Assembly: GCA_000934665.2 (NCBI GenBank)
Contig: JYFJ02003585.1
Location: forward strand, 1-39,876
Origin: Catajapyx aquilonaris
Lineage: Eukaryota
Direction: 5' to 3'
Length of the DNA: 39,876 nt
Shown: positions 37,229 to 39,876 of the stretch, in pieces
Position numbering within the stretch: position 1 is the stretch's first letter
Layout of the letters: every line of letters begins with the position of its first letter
Program-made: the position numbers and the translations under genes
Notes under the pieces: model-generated
Seen by the model: only the letters and a program-made list of their open reading frames with translations
Told to the model about the DNA's origin: nothing
Databases searched by the model: none

Positions 37229-38231
37229 TGTTTAATGCACACATCCTACCTATAATAACATGCGGAGCTCAGATATGGGGCTTAACCCAATACGAGGTCA
37301 TAAACCAAGTTCAACTCTTTTTTCTGAAAAAAAAACTTTTACTTTTACCTAAAAACACCGCATCATATTTTGTTTACTTGGAAACCGGCCAAATTCCGTT
37401 GACGTTAAATTTAGTCAAATCTGTGGCTAAACTTATCACCAAATTTGACAAACTCCCGGATAATACCATAGGCTACTACGGATGGCCTATAGTTATTCCA
37501 TAGCACCAAACAGAGTCAACTGGCGCAAGTCTGGACAAGTGCTAATGGAATCTCTAGGGCTAAATTGGCAAGATTTTCAGACCGATCTGCCAACATTACT
37601 CACCAGAGTGGAACTTCAGCTAAAAACACAATTGTTAACTAAAATAGAGCACACACATAGATATAGCCATTACAAATTAATTAAACTCAGTTTTAGATTA
37701 GAAACATATTATCTCTCCTATGGATTGCCTCTCTATTTACAGCGTATGCTGGCAAATTTAAGAAATGGCTCTAAATATATACCTATTAAATGGGTGTGTC
37801 GATCCAAGTTATTTCCGAAGACAATTGTGACTGGTGTAGTGTCAACGCCCTCTTATCCCCTTATCACTTGTTGTACGACTACCCTGCCCTCTATTTAATA
37901 TCCCTCGCAAAGCCTATCTTTATAATTTAGCTGTACTTCCCATGGAGCTGCTGCCTTTCGCATTTGACAACCTAACAAAGCAACAAGTATTCTCTTTGTA
38001 TTCTTTTTCTTTCTAACATTGTCAAACGCATGCAATTATGTATGTGATTGTAATGGTGGTTGTGTCCCCCCAATAACGGCCACAGGCCGGATAACGGGGT
38101 ATTAAATAAATAAATAAATAAGTAAATAAGTATTAGAAATAATTTTACTATTTAATTCTAATGACAGTGTTTAAAATTACCTGTCTTTAACGCCTTAATG
38201 TTGTGAAAGTTTAAGATGGGCAGTAACTCAC

Positions 38232-38386
38232 CTGTAATAGAGCTCATTAACGAAGAATTTTGAGGCCGAGTGGTGTAAGGAACTGTCCTCCAAAAGATTT
38301 GTAAAATGCGATAAATTTGTTGATAGAGTGGTCCTGGAAACCCAACAATGGATATTAGGGTCGGGTTGGTTATGTATGTGTGAGAG
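38232..38386 (-). other. Candidate spliced exon of a minus-strand transcript
   Basis: TGTTTTTTACAG acceptor and CAG|GTGAGT donor on the minus strand; 155 nt, open in two frames; another strong donor GG|GTAAGT lies at 38936/38935. Confidence 0.4.
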
Positions 38387-39853
38387 CTGTAAAAAACATT
38401 CACATTGATTGGAATCAATAATATTAATTACCGGCAACTGATTAATAGCAATTAAATAATTAATGAAATAAGAGTTATAAATGAACTAATCTTAAGATGT
38501 CTTGTAGTTGTTGGCACTTTATGAACAACAATGTATAATATTATTTATGCAATCAACAATCTATACATTTAATAACAATCCATTAAATATAATGAATTAA
38601 TCACAAACTAATTGCATTTAGTTACATATAATTAAAATAACAGTACTTATGCTAGGCCTTACTCGAAAATTTAAAATACTGAAGGTCGAGAACTTGTGAC
38701 ATTATTTTATAAAAATGAACCAAATTCATGTCGCATTTGCTTTCTAAATTTTGAGCGGGGCATAGGCAACTATACTGTAATCATCAGGAAAACGTGAACT
38801 CTATGATTCGGCTAGTCTTATGGGCGTGCATCAACACAATTAAATTTTGAATATAACTTAAGCTTCATGACTGCATGAGGTTGCATTATGATGTTATACC
38901 ACGTACCGTCACGGACTTCACACATACTAACTTACCCACTATACTATACGGATTGTCCAATACAGAAAAGGTGTCGCGATTTTCTCCTTGTATTCGACTT
39001 TTGCTAGCAAAGCCCGAATCTGGTATGAGAGTGCGGAAGGTTGCCTAATTTGTCGCCAAAGAAGAGAGAATAGAATTGTGCGCGAGTGATCACCCCCTTC
39101 ATTAAGGAATTTTCCAGTAGTTTGGGCAGCAATGGCAGGGGCCTTCCACATGGAGTAGTGAACTAATCTCTTTTGATGTCGTCAGCAGGGAGGCCGTAGT
39201 CAGGCAAAAGGCAGGCAAGGCCGGCACTCAGCCTGCTGAGTGAGTGAGTCGAGTTAGGCCTCCTCCTCGTCTTGAGCTTTCACCATTTGGGCTATTTGGC
39301 AAAGCCAATGATCGTTGGAGTGAGCTCCGTGATGGTTGCCATCATTTTCACGGCTGCACGACATTTTATGAGCAGGCTGCTGAACCCAGCAGCTCGATCC
39401 GGATTTTGGATGAGGCTTGCTGTCACATGCAAATGGGGCCAATGAGCCAGCCAGCCTCCAGCCTCCATCCTAGAGACAGCCTTTCGCTTCGCTTGCCCTA
39501 CTGTACACGTATTCTACGATAGCCTACCAGTCATCTTTACATCTGCGATCGTCAAGTGGCTGGCTTATACTGCCAGGTGACATCAATGCCGGAGCATTTT
39601 AACGTGCCCCGCCAAATCAAAGTTTAGAGGATGTGGTGACAATGAGGAAGATACTTGGCGGTACATGATTGGCTGTGCGGCAGAAGGAACGGTGCATGGT
39701 ATGATCAAATTTTGTGAAGTTTTGTGACAGTTTCACATTATGCATATTACAGGTGAGTATATGACAGACACTCTGCAAAGGCGTTAACCTGATGGTTAAA
39801 AAACGCCAAAAAATGGCCTGCCTTGATGCGACATGAATATGAATGGTTACTAC

Positions 39854-39876
39854 CAGTGGCGTAGGCAGGGGGGGGG
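39854..39876 (+). mobile_element. Probable left end of a hAT-like MITE cut by the window edge
   Basis: CAGTGGCGTAGGCAGGGGGGGG resembles common hAT MITE termini; the partner end is not visible. Confidence 0.35.

Larger units (their letters stand above)
36288..38131 (+). mobile_element. 5'-truncated, decayed non-LTR retrotransposon (LINE; RTEX- or L2-group-like) ORF2 remnant
   Basis: RT motif FADDLVIL at ~36293, then INLNKT, YIYLGVPF, KLFNAHILPIITCGAQIWG and YLETGQIPL, with stops and frameshifts. (TAAA)n tail at 38102-38130; candidate TSD ATTAGAAAT (36279-36287 / 38132-38140). Confidence 0.9.

Overview
This is a eukaryotic, repeat-rich genomic window, probably from an invertebrate and possibly an arthropod (inferred); most entries in the ORF track are noise from repeats. 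Two host genes are supportable. (1) A four-exon + strand gene, join(198..372,3862..4222,4631..4979,11712..11858), 343 aa, with phase-compatible GT-AG introns. It resembles pitchfork (PIFO/CIMAP3, a ciliary microtubule-associated protein), carries an extra Cys/His-rich segment, and has an RFX X-box-like motif just upstream. (2) A minus-strand, intronless ~334-aa coiled-coil ORF (24978..25982) that I do not recognise. The rest is a dense set of non-autonomous elements, many with readable TIRs and TSDs: hAT-, PIF/Harbinger-, piggyBac-, Academ-, Tc1/pogo-, MULE- and Sola-like MITEs. Two of these carry satellite-like arrays. There are also three tRNA-derived SINEs from two families (one a V-SINE) and a 5'-truncated LINE. 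Two patterns stand out. First, the LINE and both SINE families share a 3' stem-loop tail with compensatory base changes, a candidate SINE-LINE mobilisation partnership. Second, near-perfect palindromes recur inside unrelated elements. Superfamily labels rest on TIR/TSD patterns only; no database search was run.
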